DNA from: Gammaproteobacteria bacterium
GTDB taxonomy: Bacteria; Pseudomonadota; Gammaproteobacteria; QZLD01
Direction of reading: 5' to 3'
DNA: 64,000 bases
Assembly: GCA_033852075.1 (NCBI GenBank)
Contig: JAWSVC010000010.1
Span: forward strand, 105,683-169,682
Shown here: piece by piece, positions 10,173 through 20,266 of the stretch
Layout of the letters: each line of letters opens with the position of its first letter
How positions within the stretch are numbered: position 1 is the first letter of the stretch
The notes under the pieces: model-generated
Database searches by the model: none
Seen by the model: the letters and a program-made list of their open reading frames with translations, nothing else
What the model was told of the DNA's origin: nothing
Position numbers and translations under genes: made by a program

Positions 10173-11315
10173 CTATTCAGTGTCACTTTCATTGAAAAGG
10201 GCTGCAACAAACTCATTGCCATCAAATTCGCGCAGATCTTCAATCCCTTCGCCGATACCGATAAAGCGAATAGGTATCCTTAGCTTATCAGCAATTGCAA
10301 AGATAATTCCACCTTTGGCTGTACCGTCAAGTTTGGTCAGGGCTACACCGGTAAGACCAATTGCGGTATTAAAAGTGGTGGCTTGTGATAAGGCATTTTG
10401 GCCGGTAGATGCATCCAGAACCAAAAGAACCTCGTTTGGAGCATCCTCGTCGATCTTCTTGATAACACGCTGAATTTTTTTTAGCTCTTCCATAAGGTTG
10501 TCTTTTGTGTGCAGACGGCCGGCAGTATCAGCGATAAGTACATCTATATTACGAGCCTTTGCTGCCTGAAATGCATCAAAAATAACTGAAGCAGAGTCGG
10601 CGCCGGTGTGTTGGGCTATTACCGGAATCTGATTGCGTTCACCCCAGATCTCAAGTTGTTCAACGGCTGCTGCGCGGAAGGTGTCTCCGGCTGCCAGCAT
10701 TACGCTCTGACCTTGCTGCTGGAATTTTTTAGCTAATTTGCCAATGGTGGTGGTTTTGCCAACACCGTTAACACCAACAACAAGAATTACAAATGGTTTC
10801 TTGGTAGTAACATCCAGCTTTGCCGAGCATGGAGCCAGGATGTTGTTCATCTCGTCACGAAGGGTGTTGATAACTAGGGTGTCATCGTTCAGTTCTTTGC
10901 GGCCCAGCTTTTCGGTAAGGCGGTTAACTATGGTCATGGTTGTATCAACGCCAACATCAGCAAGCAATAGTCTGGTTTCAAGCTCTTCCAGCAGGTCATC
11001 ATCTAATTGCTTTTTTCCAAGAAGCAGATTGGAAAGACCGTCGGTAAGACCATGTCTGGTTTTACTTAATTTTTCTTTCAGGCGAGAAAATAGCCCTTTC
11101 TTCTTTTGAGGAGCCTCTTCGGTTGATGGTTCTGTGGTGATCTTTGATTTAGATTCAGGTTCAACAGTTGGTACCTGAGTCTGTTCTGTTTCTATCTCTT
11201 GAGAAATGGCAGGAGCATCATCGGTTATCTGCTCAGAAACCTGTATATGCTCTTCTTTATGAGCATCTTGAACCTGCTTGGTGTTTTTTTTCTTGCCGCG
11301 TAAAAATTTCAACAT
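10173..11315 (-). CDS. ftsY: Signal recognition particle receptor
   Basis: SRP GTPase motifs GVNGVGKTTTIGKLA, DTAGRLH and TKLDGTAKGG, with an acidic N-terminal domain. Confidence 0.93.
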   Translation of the reverse strand: MLKFLRGKKKNTKQVQDAHKEEHIQVSEQITDDAPAISQEIETEQTQVPTVEPESKSKITTEPSTEEAPQKKKGLFSRLKEKLSKTRHGLTDGLSNLLLGKKQLDDDLLEELETRLLLADVGVDTTMTIVNRLTEKLGRKELNDDTLVINTLRDEMNNILAPCSAKLDVTTKKPFVILVVGVNGVGKTTTIGKLAKKFQQQGQSVMLAAGDTFRAAAVEQLEIWGERNQIPVIAQHTGADSASVIFDAFQAAKARNIDVLIADTAGRLHTKDNLMEELKKIQRVIKKIDEDAPNEVLLVLDASTGQNALSQATTFNTAIGLTGVALTKLDGTAKGGIIFAIADKLRIPIRFIGIGEGIEDLREFDGNEFVAALFNESDTE

Positions 11316-11478
11316 AATCGAGAGCTTTGGTAATAATGATTGTTTACGAAGAGCGTATTATCTTAGATTAATTTGTCATCGGCAAACAAATACCATAAAT
11401 TTAAGGAAATTTTTGTAAAATTTGCGTTTTTGTTGTCATAGGAAGCAGTGAATGGATTTTTTATATGATGAGGATTTG

Positions 11479-11574
11479 CTGGATACCGGCCTTCGCCGGT
11501 ATGACGTATTAAGGCTTTAGTGCAGATTTATTTATACTACAACGTGCGTCATTCCCGCGAAGGCGGGAATCCAG
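11479..11574. repeat. Two REP-like hairpin units: GGAT-accggccttcgccggt-ATGACG, and CGTCAT-tcccgcgaaggcgggaat-CCAG
   Basis: Perfect stem-loops with a conserved GAAGG/CCTTC loop and CGTCAT/ATCCAG flanks. The same family recurs at 23447, 33302, 47577 and 56179-56259. Confidence 0.7.
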
Positions 11575-11649
11575 AGAATCTTGTCGTGCAAAGATTATAT
11601 TTTCACTTTTTTGGGAATAGTGAATAAAAGGGTATGGAGTAAATTATTA

Positions 11650-13071
11650 ATGATTAAGTTTTTACCGGGTTTAATGGTTGTCGTGGTGCTATTCACTGCA
11701 TCATGTCGGGCGGTTAAATCTGAAGATATTAAGAGTAGTGAACAGGCGCAAGCAGAGCAACCTACTGCAGCAGAAACAAAAAAAGTAGCCGAATTCAAAC
11801 TTGATAATGGTCTGAAAATTCTGGTTAAAGAGGATCATCGTGCGTCTATAGTTACCTCACAGGTTTGGTATAAAGTTGGTTCCAGTTTTGAGCCTGCTGG
11901 GTTGACCGGAATTTCACATATGCTTGAGCATATGATGTTTAAGGGGACCAAAAAATTTCCATCGGGGATGGCTCGCAAGATTATTGCTGAGAATGGCGGT
12001 AATGAGAACGCCTATACCAGCCGCGACCACACAGTGTATTACCAAAATATAGAAAAGAGTCGTTTGGAGATCTGTTTTGAACTGGAGGCAGATCGTATGG
12101 TTAATCTGCTTTTGGATGATAAAGAATTCCAAAAAGAACGTCAGGTAGTTTTGGAAGAGCGACGTATGCGCACCGAGGATAATCCAAACGCTAAATTATA
12201 TGAGCGCTTTAATGCGGTTGCTTATTTAAGTAATGGTTATGCAACACCTGTGATTGGTTGGCAGCATGATATTGATGGTTATACCATCGAGGATTTAAGA
12301 CAATGGTATCAGGACTGGTATACGCCACAGAATGCAACTTTGGTGGTAGTTGGTGATGTTAATTCACAAGAGGTTTATCAGCTAGCCAAAAAATACTTTG
12401 GTCCAATTAAAGGCAAGCTGGTAAGGCAGGTAAAACCTTCTGTAGAGATAGAACCTCTTGGAAGGAAAGATCTGCAGGTAAAGGCTAAGGCTCAGTTGCC
12501 AATAATAATTGCAGGATATTCAGTACCATCTTTTATTACAGCAAAAGAAGATTGGGAACCATATGCCTTAACTGTGCTGGCTGGAATTATGGATGGAGGT
12601 GCAAGTTCCAGATTTACTTCTCGCTTGGTACGAGGTAAAGAGCTGGCTGTGTGGGCAGGTGTAGGTTATAACCCATTATCCAGACTAGATTCGCAATTTA
12701 GTATTTGGAGTAGTCCTGCTCATGGTGTAGATATAAATGATCTGATTGCTGCGATAAATACCGAAATAGCTGAACTTAAAAAGGAACTGGTTTCTGAGGG
12801 TGAGTTGGAGCGGGTTAAGGCTCAGGTTATGGCAAGTGCTATTTATGAGTTGGATTCTGTAAGTGCTCAGGCTAGGGAGATTGGGCAATTGGAGACTCTT
12901 GGGCTTGGTTGGGAATTTGTTGATGAATACTATCAAAGATTTCAGCAGGTAACTGCAAAGCAAGTGCAAGCAGTTGCTAGAAAATATCTTGTTGATGAGC
13001 GTCTGACATTCGCACGTTTGATTCCTGAAAAAGAGGATATTTCTATGGCTAATGATGGAGGGAAACAATAA
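11650..13071 (+). CDS. M16-family zinc metallopeptidase (insulinase/pitrilysin-like), active subunit
   Basis: Inverted zinc motif HMLEHMMFKGT (HxxEH) and an N-terminal signal/lipobox-like segment. Start chosen at MIKFLPG (ATG 11650). Confidence 0.8.
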   Translation: MIKFLPGLMVVVVLFTASCRAVKSEDIKSSEQAQAEQPTAAETKKVAEFKLDNGLKILVKEDHRASIVTSQVWYKVGSSFEPAGLTGISHMLEHMMFKGTKKFPSGMARKIIAENGGNENAYTSRDHTVYYQNIEKSRLEICFELEADRMVNLLLDDKEFQKERQVVLEERRMRTEDNPNAKLYERFNAVAYLSNGYATPVIGWQHDIDGYTIEDLRQWYQDWYTPQNATLVVVGDVNSQEVYQLAKKYFGPIKGKLVRQVKPSVEIEPLGRKDLQVKAKAQLPIIIAGYSVPSFITAKEDWEPYALTVLAGIMDGGASSRFTSRLVRGKELAVWAGVGYNPLSRLDSQFSIWSSPAHGVDINDLIAAINTEIAELKKELVSEGELERVKAQVMASAIYELDSVSAQAREIGQLETLGLGWEFVDEYYQRFQQVTAKQVQAVARKYLVDERLTFARLIPEKEDISMANDGGKQ

Positions 13072-14414
13072 TGCTGAATCTAAATAAATATTTGTTTTTT
13101 ATTGTTGCCGTATTTTTTGCTAGTCATGTGGTAGCAGCACCAAAGATAGAGGAGTGGTATTCCAGCAATGGTGCCAGGGTATTGTTTGTGCAGGCAGATA
13201 GTTTGCCGATGGTTGATTTCAGTATCTCTTTTGCTGCTGGAGCAGCAAGAGATGGAGAGTTATATGGCCTTGCAGTTGCAACCAATAGCCTTCTTAATGA
13301 GGGGGCTGGAGGTGTTTCAGCTACAGAGATATCTAAACGTTTAGAACAGGTAGGGATAAAATTAGGGGCTGGTGTTAGTAAAGATATGGCCTGGATTGGC
13401 ATGCGTTCGCTTTCTAATAAAGAGAAGTTGCAACATGGTATCGAAGTATTGAATATGATGCTGACCAATCCCGATTTTGGTGAACAGCAGATTGAAAGGC
13501 AGAAAAATTTTATGCGTATTAATCTGGAGCAGATAAAACAGTCTCCAGATAAGATTGCTGGTTTAACGATGTTTGCAAAGCTATATCCGGATCATCCATA
13601 TGGCAGACCTACAGATGGTAATAAAGATACGATTGAACAGATCAAAAGGTCTGATGTTCAAGGGTTCTTTAAGCGTTATTACGTTGCTGAGAATGCAACG
13701 GTAGTAATCGTTGGTGATATTGATTCTGCAGGGGCTCATGAGCTGGTAGAACAGGTTTTAGCTGGAGTCGCTAAAGGGGAAAAGGCGGAAGTGTTGCCGC
13801 AGGTAGAAACCGTAAATGCTGATGATGTTGAGATAGAGTATCCATCGCAGCAAACGCATATCCTGATTGGACAGAATGCAATTAAAAAAGGTGATCCGCG
13901 TTTTCATGCTTTGTATGTTGGAAATTATATATTGGGCGGAGGTAGCTTAATCTCATTATTAGGTGATGAGATCAGAGTAAAACGCGGACTTGCTTATAGC
14001 ATATATAGTTATTTTTCTACAATGCGACAGCGCGGTATATTTATCTTAGGGGCGCAGACCCGGGGTGAACAAGCGCAGCAATCAGTGGAAGTGATGCGGC
14101 AAGTATTGAGAGATTTTATCGAAAATGGGCCGACACAAGAGCAGCTTGATGCCGCCAAGAAAAGTATAACTGGTAGTTATCCGCTTGGAGTTGCCAGTAA
14201 TAGCGATATAGCAGGATTTTTGAAGGTGATAGGATTTTATGATTTGCCGCTGGATTATATGGACACGTTTACCGCAAAAATTGATAAGGTGACTGTAAAA
14301 GATGTGCAAGAAGCATTTGCAGCGGTGGTAAAACCTGAAAACATGGTTACTGTGCTTGTAGGTAGAAAGATTGTTGATGAGGGTGTGAAAAATCAGCAGG
14401 ATGAAGATGAATAA
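13071..14414 (+). CDS. M16-family peptidase, second (probably non-catalytic) subunit
   Basis: 447 aa with a signal peptide and the M16 fold-length. It lacks the HxxEH motif and its start is coupled to the upstream peptidase stop (TAATG). Confidence 0.7.
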   Translation: MLNLNKYLFFIVAVFFASHVVAAPKIEEWYSSNGARVLFVQADSLPMVDFSISFAAGAARDGELYGLAVATNSLLNEGAGGVSATEISKRLEQVGIKLGAGVSKDMAWIGMRSLSNKEKLQHGIEVLNMMLTNPDFGEQQIERQKNFMRINLEQIKQSPDKIAGLTMFAKLYPDHPYGRPTDGNKDTIEQIKRSDVQGFFKRYYVAENATVVIVGDIDSAGAHELVEQVLAGVAKGEKAEVLPQVETVNADDVEIEYPSQQTHILIGQNAIKKGDPRFHALYVGNYILGGGSLISLLGDEIRVKRGLAYSIYSYFSTMRQRGIFILGAQTRGEQAQQSVEVMRQVLRDFIENGPTQEQLDAAKKSITGSYPLGVASNSDIAGFLKVIGFYDLPLDYMDTFTAKIDKVTVKDVQEAFAAVVKPENMVTVLVGRKIVDEGVKNQQDEDE

Positions 14415-14995
14415 TGGCTCGCAGACCAGGTAAACAAAAAACAACAGCAGATAATACTTTGCGAATAATTGGAGGTGAGTGGCGTAGTAGAAAGCTGCAA
14501 TTTCCTGATGCCAATGGCTTGCGCCCAACATCCGGTAAGATTAGAGAAACGTTGTTTAACTGGCTTGGGCATCAGGTAATAGGTTCGAGTGTTCTGGATA
14601 TGTTTGCAGGTAGTGGTGCGCTTGGACTTGAGGCTCTTTCCAGAGGTGCAACACAAGTTATTATGTTGGAAAAGGATCGCAAGGTAGCTGAACAGCTCAA
14701 GCAAAATTGCGCTATTCTTAAGGTTGATAATGCAGCCGTGATAAATTCAGATGCAATGGCATGGGCTTCTGGTGTTAGCTGTGTGTTTGATATTGTATTT
14801 CTTGATCCACCATTTGCTGCTGAAATGGCTCTTCGGTGTCTTGATCTATGTAAATCTGGAATAGTTAAATGTGATGGTTTCGTATATCTTGAAACCGCAA
14901 AAGATCAACAGGTAGAAATACCAGAAGAATTTGAAGTGTTAAAAGATAAAAGCAGTGGTAATGTTAAGTATCAACTTCTACGAAGGATAAAATAA
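14414..14995 (+). CDS. rsmD: 16S rRNA (guanine966-N2)-methyltransferase
   Basis: LRIIGGEWRSRKL, DMFAGSGALGLEALSRGA, VFLDPPF. Confidence 0.85.
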   Translation: MARRPGKQKTTADNTLRIIGGEWRSRKLQFPDANGLRPTSGKIRETLFNWLGHQVIGSSVLDMFAGSGALGLEALSRGATQVIMLEKDRKVAEQLKQNCAILKVDNAAVINSDAMAWASGVSCVFDIVFLDPPFAAEMALRCLDLCKSGIVKCDGFVYLETAKDQQVEIPEEFEVLKDKSSGNVKYQLLRRIK

Positions 14996-15498
14996 TGAGT
15001 GCAGTAGCAGTATATTCAGGAACCTTTGATCCGATTACAAATGGACATGCAGATATTGCAATTCGTGCTGCAAATATATTCGATAAGGTTATTGTTGCAG
15101 TTGCTGATTTTCCTGGCGCTAGTAAAAAGCCAATCTTTTCCGGTGAGGAACGGATTGAATTGGCAAAAATTGCATTGGCTGAAAAAAGAAACATTGAGGT
15201 AGTTACATTTAACTCTTTACTTGTAGATTTTGTAAAAGAGGTTGATGCCAAAGTAATAATACGCGGAATTCGTTCGTTCACAGATTTTGATTATGAAGCT
15301 CAACTTTCTGGTATGAATAATCATTTAGATCCAAATATAGAAACTGTTTATATGAACTGTACTCCAGAGCTGGGATATATCTCGTCGACACTGGTGAAAG
15401 AGGTTGCGTTTTTGGGGAAAGATGTTTCTGAATTATTGCATCCGGCAGTTGCGTATGCGTTAGCGGAAAGAATTATAGAGTTGCAAAATAATAAGTAA
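14995..15498 (+). CDS. coaD: Phosphopantetheine adenylyltransferase
   Basis: AVYSGTFDPITNGHADI, with family length and context (rsmD-coaD). Confidence 0.93.
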   Translation: MSAVAVYSGTFDPITNGHADIAIRAANIFDKVIVAVADFPGASKKPIFSGEERIELAKIALAEKRNIEVVTFNSLLVDFVKEVDAKVIIRGIRSFTDFDYEAQLSGMNNHLDPNIETVYMNCTPELGYISSTLVKEVAFLGKDVSELLHPAVAYALAERIIELQNNK

Positions 15499-15504
15499 TT
15501 AAAA

Positions 15505-15531
15505 GAAAAAACGCCCCGCAGGGCGTTTTTT
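15505..15531 (+). terminator. Rho-independent terminator after coaD
   Basis: aaaaaACGCCCCGCAGGGCGTttttt. Confidence 0.7.
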
Positions 15532-15638
15532 AAATGGTAGATGTTACTAAGCTGTTTTCAGAGATCTAAACCGGACAGTTTATGTGCTACAAGACCGGAC
15601 ATATTATGTGCTTACTACATGGGTAATATAGGTTGTGA

Positions 15639-15995
15639 TTACCAGTCTTTTTCAGGGATTTTCCAAGGATGGTATTTGGCAATAAATTCCGGGTCGTCAA
15701 AGTCTTCTTTGCTAGGTAGATAGCCTTGGTAGTCATCACGGAGGTGCTGAAAAAATACGCATTCAATTATTTCAGCAGGATATTTATGTTTGAAGGTTTC
15801 AATTACTTCATTTAGAGCTTCTTTATGATGTTTGTGTTGTCTATGTGAAAATGGATTGTAATATTCCATATCGCCAGTTTCTATTACTACCTGAAACTTT
15901 ATCTTGTCGAAGTGGCTATCAATCCATTTGTGGATGTCTTTGGCGCTTTCTCCACACAGTTTTTTTGTATTCCTAGCGTGCTGTCGTAACTTCAT
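15639..15995 (-). CDS. Hypothetical His-rich cytoplasmic protein (118 aa)
   Basis: An ORF with no recognisable family (HRQHKHHKEAL segment). Its strand is opposite to the neighbouring genes. Confidence 0.35.
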   Translation of the reverse strand: MKLRQHARNTKKLCGESAKDIHKWIDSHFDKIKFQVVIETGDMEYYNPFSHRQHKHHKEALNEVIETFKHKYPAEIIECVFFQHLRDDYQGYLPSKEDFDDPEFIAKYHPWKIPEKDW

Positions 15996-16107
15996 TGTTT
16001 ATTGTGTCCAATCCTTGTCCGGTTAACCATTATAGTTAGAAAAATTGATTTTGTAATTTTCTTTATAAGTAATAGTATAGGCGGTCAGAGATAATATTGA
16101 GAAAACT

Positions 16108-16572
16108 ATGTTTCATATAGCACTAGCAAATCCAGAAATACCGCCCAATACCGGTAATATAATCAGGTTGTGCGCCAATACAGGCTCACAGCTGCATCTT
16201 ATTCATCCAATAGCATTTCAGTTGGATGATAAAAGATTAAGGCGTGCAGGACTTGATTACCATGAATGGGCGTCAGTAAAAGAGTATTTATGTATGGACG
16301 ATTTCTTGAGGGAGTTTGCTGATAGCAGGATATTTGCATTGTCTACCCATGGAACCAGAACATATTCAGATGTTCAATTTAAAGCAGGGGATGTGTTTTT
16401 ATTTGGATCTGAGACCAGAGGGTTAGGAACCGATTTTTTATCGTCCATGCCGCAAGAGAATGTATTGCGACTTCCTATGCTGGAGAATAGCCGTAGTCTG
16501 AACTTATCAAATACAGCTGCTATTATGTTATATGAGGCATGGCGACAGAATGAGTTTGCTGGAGCAAAATAA
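16108..16572 (+). CDS. trmL: tRNA (cytidine/uridine-2'-O)-methyltransferase, SpoU/TrmL family
   Basis: IPPNTGNIIRLCANTG, FGSETRGL, LNLSNTAAIMLYEAWRQ. Confidence 0.88.
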   Translation: MFHIALANPEIPPNTGNIIRLCANTGSQLHLIHPIAFQLDDKRLRRAGLDYHEWASVKEYLCMDDFLREFADSRIFALSTHGTRTYSDVQFKAGDVFLFGSETRGLGTDFLSSMPQENVLRLPMLENSRSLNLSNTAAIMLYEAWRQNEFAGAK

Positions 16573-16645
16573 AAAGCATGTTATTCCTGCGTAGGTTGGA
16601 ATCTTGATATGACAGAGTGGTTTTTTATTTGTTCTGGATCCAAGA

Positions 16646-17413
16646 ATGAGTTTGGAAACTATTAAGGGAGAAAAAATGGAAAACGATAATTTTGACCAAC
16701 AAGGGATGAATGGGACTGGTTATGATGAACGTAGCAGTCAGCCGCCTCCGCCTCCACTGCCACCAAAGAGTAATGCAGGAAAATATATCGGAATTGGTTG
16801 TCTGGTTATTGTGTTGATATTTATTGGCTTGGGCTATGCTGGTTATCGTATGGTAGTTGGGTTGATGAATGATGTAGTAGCAGAATATACAGATGTTGAG
16901 GCGCGTGAATTGCCAGCGCCAATGGCTTCTAGGGGTGAGTCGGGTGCTACGTTAGATATGTTTGATGAATTTGTATATTCAGTAAAAAATGATGTTGCTG
17001 TTGAATCGCTAGCGCTGGATGCTGAGCAAATTAACCAAATAATAAATTATCATCCAGAATTTGCTGGTGTTGCTGAACACGTTTTTATAAAGATTAATGA
17101 AAATTTAGTGTCGGCAGAGGTTAGCATTCCTCTTGATGGTTTAAAAGAGATGAGCGAGTTATTCGTTGGTCGTTATTTAAATGGGGCTATAGAGCTTGAT
17201 TTGGAACTTAAAAACGAGCGTTTTGAGGTTTATGCTGAGTCAATTGAGGTAAATGGGAAAAAGATTCCTGAAGAGTATATGAGTCAGTTTCGTACAGAGA
17301 ATCTAGCAAAGGATTTTAATAAGAAACGGGAAAATAAAGAGCTTATTGAAAAACTTGAGTCTATTGAAATTGAGGGTGGGGTTGTCACTGTGGTGCCGAA
17401 GAATAGGCTATAA
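16646..17413 (+). CDS. Hypothetical membrane-anchored protein with a proline-rich N-terminus
   Basis: PPPPPLPP segment, one TM helix (IGIGCLVIVLIFIGLGYAGY) and a C-terminal soluble domain of unknown family. The start may be the internal Met at 16676. Confidence 0.45.
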   Translation: MSLETIKGEKMENDNFDQQGMNGTGYDERSSQPPPPPLPPKSNAGKYIGIGCLVIVLIFIGLGYAGYRMVVGLMNDVVAEYTDVEARELPAPMASRGESGATLDMFDEFVYSVKNDVAVESLALDAEQINQIINYHPEFAGVAEHVFIKINENLVSAEVSIPLDGLKEMSELFVGRYLNGAIELDLELKNERFEVYAESIEVNGKKIPEEYMSQFRTENLAKDFNKKRENKELIEKLESIEIEGGVVTVVPKNRL

Positions 17414-17461
17414 ATAGCGTATTTGTTTGGTTAGCGTATAGAAATATTAATATCTAAGAAT

Positions 17462-17490
17462 AAAAAAGGGCCGTTTGGCCCTTTTTTAAA
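17462..17490. terminator. Bidirectional rho-independent terminator
   Basis: aaaaaaGGGCCgtttGGCCCttttttaaa, lying between convergent genes. Confidence 0.7.
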
Positions 17491-17509
17491 TTCAAATTTC
17501 TAACTGATA

Positions 17510-17887
17510 TTAGCCTTGAGCTGCTGTTAGAAATGGAGCTGTCATCTCAGATAGACGAGCAAGATCTTTTTGAGCAAGAGCTTGAATGTCATTAGCAAAA
17601 ACTTCGCCCATTTTTGCTAGAGTTTGTGCATCTTCAGCGATTTTTTTGCTAACAGAAGTAGCAACTTCAGTTTGTTTTTTGATGAAAGCTTGTAGAGATT
17701 CTGCGTCTTTAATATCAGCAGCGTTTTTAAGTTGGTCCATACCAAGATCTGTATATGATTTTACAGCGTTAACTTGGAATTGGCTTAATTTCTCAATGTA
17801 ATCAACAGTTAGAGAGGTGATTTCGCCTACAGGCTCTGCAAATTTTTGGCTTTGCTCAGTAAGTTGAGCTAGAAGTTGTTCGTACAT
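17510..17887 (-). CDS. Phasin-family (PHA granule-associated) protein
   Basis: 125 aa, all-helical and Ala/Gln/Lys-rich, with the composition and length typical of phasins. This is similarity by recollection only. Confidence 0.5.
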   Translation of the reverse strand: MYEQLLAQLTEQSQKFAEPVGEITSLTVDYIEKLSQFQVNAVKSYTDLGMDQLKNAADIKDAESLQAFIKKQTEVATSVSKKIAEDAQTLAKMGEVFANDIQALAQKDLARLSEMTAPFLTAAQG

Positions 17888-18227
17888 AATCCATTGTCTC
17901 CTGAAAAGTAGATTGTTTGATATGGCGCATAGTATACATCAATACTTGTGCGATGCAACAAATAAATTCTTAGCGCGATTTACACTCTAACATCTGTCGA
18001 GATTAAATCAAAGGGTAATAAATAAAAAAAAGCACTTTTTTTTAGGGTTGAAAAATTCAGCTTCACATATGTGTTATTGGTCTTTGTGATAATTAGAACT
18101 TGCTGATATTTTTATAAAAACTTGATGTTGAGCTGAAATAAAAGAGGAGAGGCTTTTGGTGTATAGATTTACTTTAAGGGGCGGTAATTAGTACCGCCCT
18201 GTTTGACATGAATTTTTACCTAACTTT

Positions 18228-18893
18228 TTAAGCCGGTAAGATCTTTTTTATTCCATTCTGGGTTCCCAGCAGTAGAACATTTGCTGCGTTAATTGCAAAA
18301 ATTCCAGTTGTTACTACTCCGGCAATATTATTGATCTCTTTTTCCATTTCCAGAGGATTTGTTATTTGCAGGCCATGAATATCAAGAATAATATTTCCGT
18401 TATCAGTAGTGAATTCTTCACGAAGTTTTGGTTGGCCTCCCATAGCTTCAAGTTTACGTGCTACTAATTTTTGAGCCATTGGAATTACTTCAATAGGTAG
18501 TGGGAATTTACCCATGGTATCTACAAGTTTTGATTCATCGGCAATACAAATAAATTGTTCGCAACTGGCAGCGACAATCTTTTCACGAGTTAATGCACCG
18601 CCGCCACCTTTGATAAGGTTTAGTCCAGCATCAGATTCATCGGCGCCATCAATGTAAACGGGGATGGTTTCATTTACTTCGTTTAGGTTAAATACCTTGA
18701 TGCCGTGTTCTTGCATTCTTTGGGTTGAGGCTTCAGAGCTTGAAACCGCACCTTTGATTTTAAAATCAAGATCAGCTAGACCATCAATAAAAAAGTTAAC
18801 GGTAGATCCAGTGCCAACACCAACTATGGTATTTGGTTTGATATATTCTAGTGCGGCTAAGGCGGTTGCTTTTTTTAGCTGATTTTGATCCAT
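18228..18893 (-). CDS. rpiA: Ribose-5-phosphate isomerase A
   Basis: [29 protein letters not shown]. Confidence 0.93.
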   Translation of the reverse strand: MDQNQLKKATALAALEYIKPNTIVGVGTGSTVNFFIDGLADLDFKIKGAVSSSEASTQRMQEHGIKVFNLNEVNETIPVYIDGADESDAGLNLIKGGGGALTREKIVAASCEQFICIADESKLVDTMGKFPLPIEVIPMAQKLVARKLEAMGGQPKLREEFTTDNGNIILDIHGLQITNPLEMEKEINNIAGVVTTGIFAINAANVLLLGTQNGIKKILPA

Positions 18894-19053
18894 GGTGTCT
18901 CCGTATGGTGGTTATGCTTGAATGGGGGTATTTTAAATAGTTCGCACTTTGCAAAGCAAGCAATCATTTTTTAGGCACACATAAATAAGTTTATGTAACT
19001 CCGCTGCCGTTATTCATGCCGTAGACTGTTTTCTAAATGATAGTTTACTTTTT

Positions 19054-19674
19054 TTAGAGAGAATGATGCTCTATATGGGGATGTCTTTTGAGGTTATAAA
19101 CTGACTTTTCAGTAATAACTGCAGTAAGTGGAATATCCCATGGCTCACGTTTAAGTTTGTCTATATGTTGAAATTCATAGGCTAGGCCGATTAGTTTGGG
19201 CTTGTGCAAAGATTTTCGGTTTGCAAGATAGCTGAAAGTACGATCATAAAAACCACCACCCATGCCAAGTCTGTTGCCTTGGGAATCAAATCCGACTAGT
19301 GGCATTAATACAATATCTAGTTCTTTGGCAGTAATAGAACATTTTTTGGCACAGATTATTTCAGGAATACCAAATTTGTTGTTCTCAAATTTTGATTTTG
19401 TAGTGAAACGACAGAAATGCATTGGTTGCCATTTAAAATGGGGTAGGTTTGGCAGGTAAAATTTTACCGGCTGATTGCGGCACTTGTGTATAAGCGGCAA
19501 GGGATTGATTTCGCCGTCAAATGGCCAGTAAATCGCGATTCTTTTGTTGATAAAGATATTGGTTAGACGAGCAACGCGTGCACACATTTGTTTAGACAAG
19601 TGGTCACGTTGCCTTGTGGTAAGGCTGCGGCGTTGTTCGCGGATTTTTTTTCGTAACGATTGTTTGTTGTTCAT
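19054..19674 (-). CDS. ygfA: 5-formyltetrahydrofolate cyclo-ligase (YgfA family)
   Basis: LRKKIREQRRSL, LMPLVGFDSQGNRLGMGGGFYDRT. Start placed at MNNKQS (ATG 19674). The ORF-track N-terminal extension overlaps the 6S RNA gene. Confidence 0.8.
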   Translation of the reverse strand: MNNKQSLRKKIREQRRSLTTRQRDHLSKQMCARVARLTNIFINKRIAIYWPFDGEINPLPLIHKCRNQPVKFYLPNLPHFKWQPMHFCRFTTKSKFENNKFGIPEIICAKKCSITAKELDIVLMPLVGFDSQGNRLGMGGGFYDRTFSYLANRKSLHKPKLIGLAYEFQHIDKLKREPWDIPLTAVITEKSVYNLKRHPHIEHHSL

Positions 19675-19684
19675 ATCAAAAAAT

Positions 19685-19882
19685 GTAGGACATCCTCCGC
19701 TTGTGCCGGTCTGGCCGCTGCCCCTGAACCAACGGTTCAGGTGGGACGGATGAGTTACTTTGCAGGTTTTCCGCACGTGACGGATATACGCAACAAGCAA
19801 AAACACCTAGTGTCCCGTATTTAGTAATTAGGCTCAAGAGGTACCCAGGCCTTGTTCGAACACAGCAGGGGACGTCACTTTT
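19685..19882 (-). ncRNA. ssrS: 6S RNA (SsrS)
   Basis: Minus-strand sequence ...GUGACGUCCCCUGCUGUGUUCGAACAAGGCCUGGGUACCUCUUGAGCC...CACCUGAACCGUUGGUUCAGGGGCAGCGGCCAGACCGGCACAAGCGGAGGAUGUCC aligns with E. coli 6S RNA, including 5'/3' closing-stem complementarity. It is in the canonical zapA-ssrS-ygfA position. Ends are approximate (+/-5 nt). Confidence 0.72.
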
Positions 19883-19936
19883 AGGTTCTTACAAATAGTG
19901 AATAATGTCAATTGAGTGTTTCAAAATATAGAAAAA

Positions 19937-20239
19937 CTACTCAACTTCATCCATGAACAGATCAATTTGTTTTGAGATTTTTTGAATGCGTTCCAATGTC
20001 TTAGAATTATTGGGGTTGTCAATAGAACGATTTTGTAGCATTTCATGAGTGATATTTAATGCTGCCATAATTGCAATACGGTCGGTTCCTATTACCTTGC
20101 CGCCGGCTCTAATTTCGCGCATCTTATCGCTTAAATAATCAGCTGCTTGTAAAAGCCCTTCTTTTTCTTCGGGGGGGCAGGCAATAAGGAACTCTTTTTC
20201 CAGAATTTTAATTTCAACGGGTGTTGGTTCACTGCTCAT
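19937..20239 (-). CDS. zapA: Cell division protein ZapA
   Basis: 100 aa with a ZapA-like N-terminal domain and a C-terminal coiled coil. It lies immediately upstream of ssrS as in enterobacteria. Confidence 0.8.
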   Translation of the reverse strand: MSSEPTPVEIKILEKEFLIACPPEEKEGLLQAADYLSDKMREIRAGGKVIGTDRIAIMAALNITHEMLQNRSIDNPNNSKTLERIQKISKQIDLFMDEVE

Positions 20240-20266
20240 TGCGGATCCTTTACTAAGACTGACAAA

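Noticed and set aside
10738-11109. 123-aa plus-strand ORF within ftsY
   Set aside because: Antisense to ftsY. Its Ser/Arg/Thr-rich translation is typical of an out-of-frame artefact.
18179-18204. GGGCGGTA-attag-TACCGCCC hairpin downstream of rpiA
   Set aside because: A perfect stem but no U-tract on either strand, so calling it an intrinsic terminator is weakly supported. It is left unannotated.
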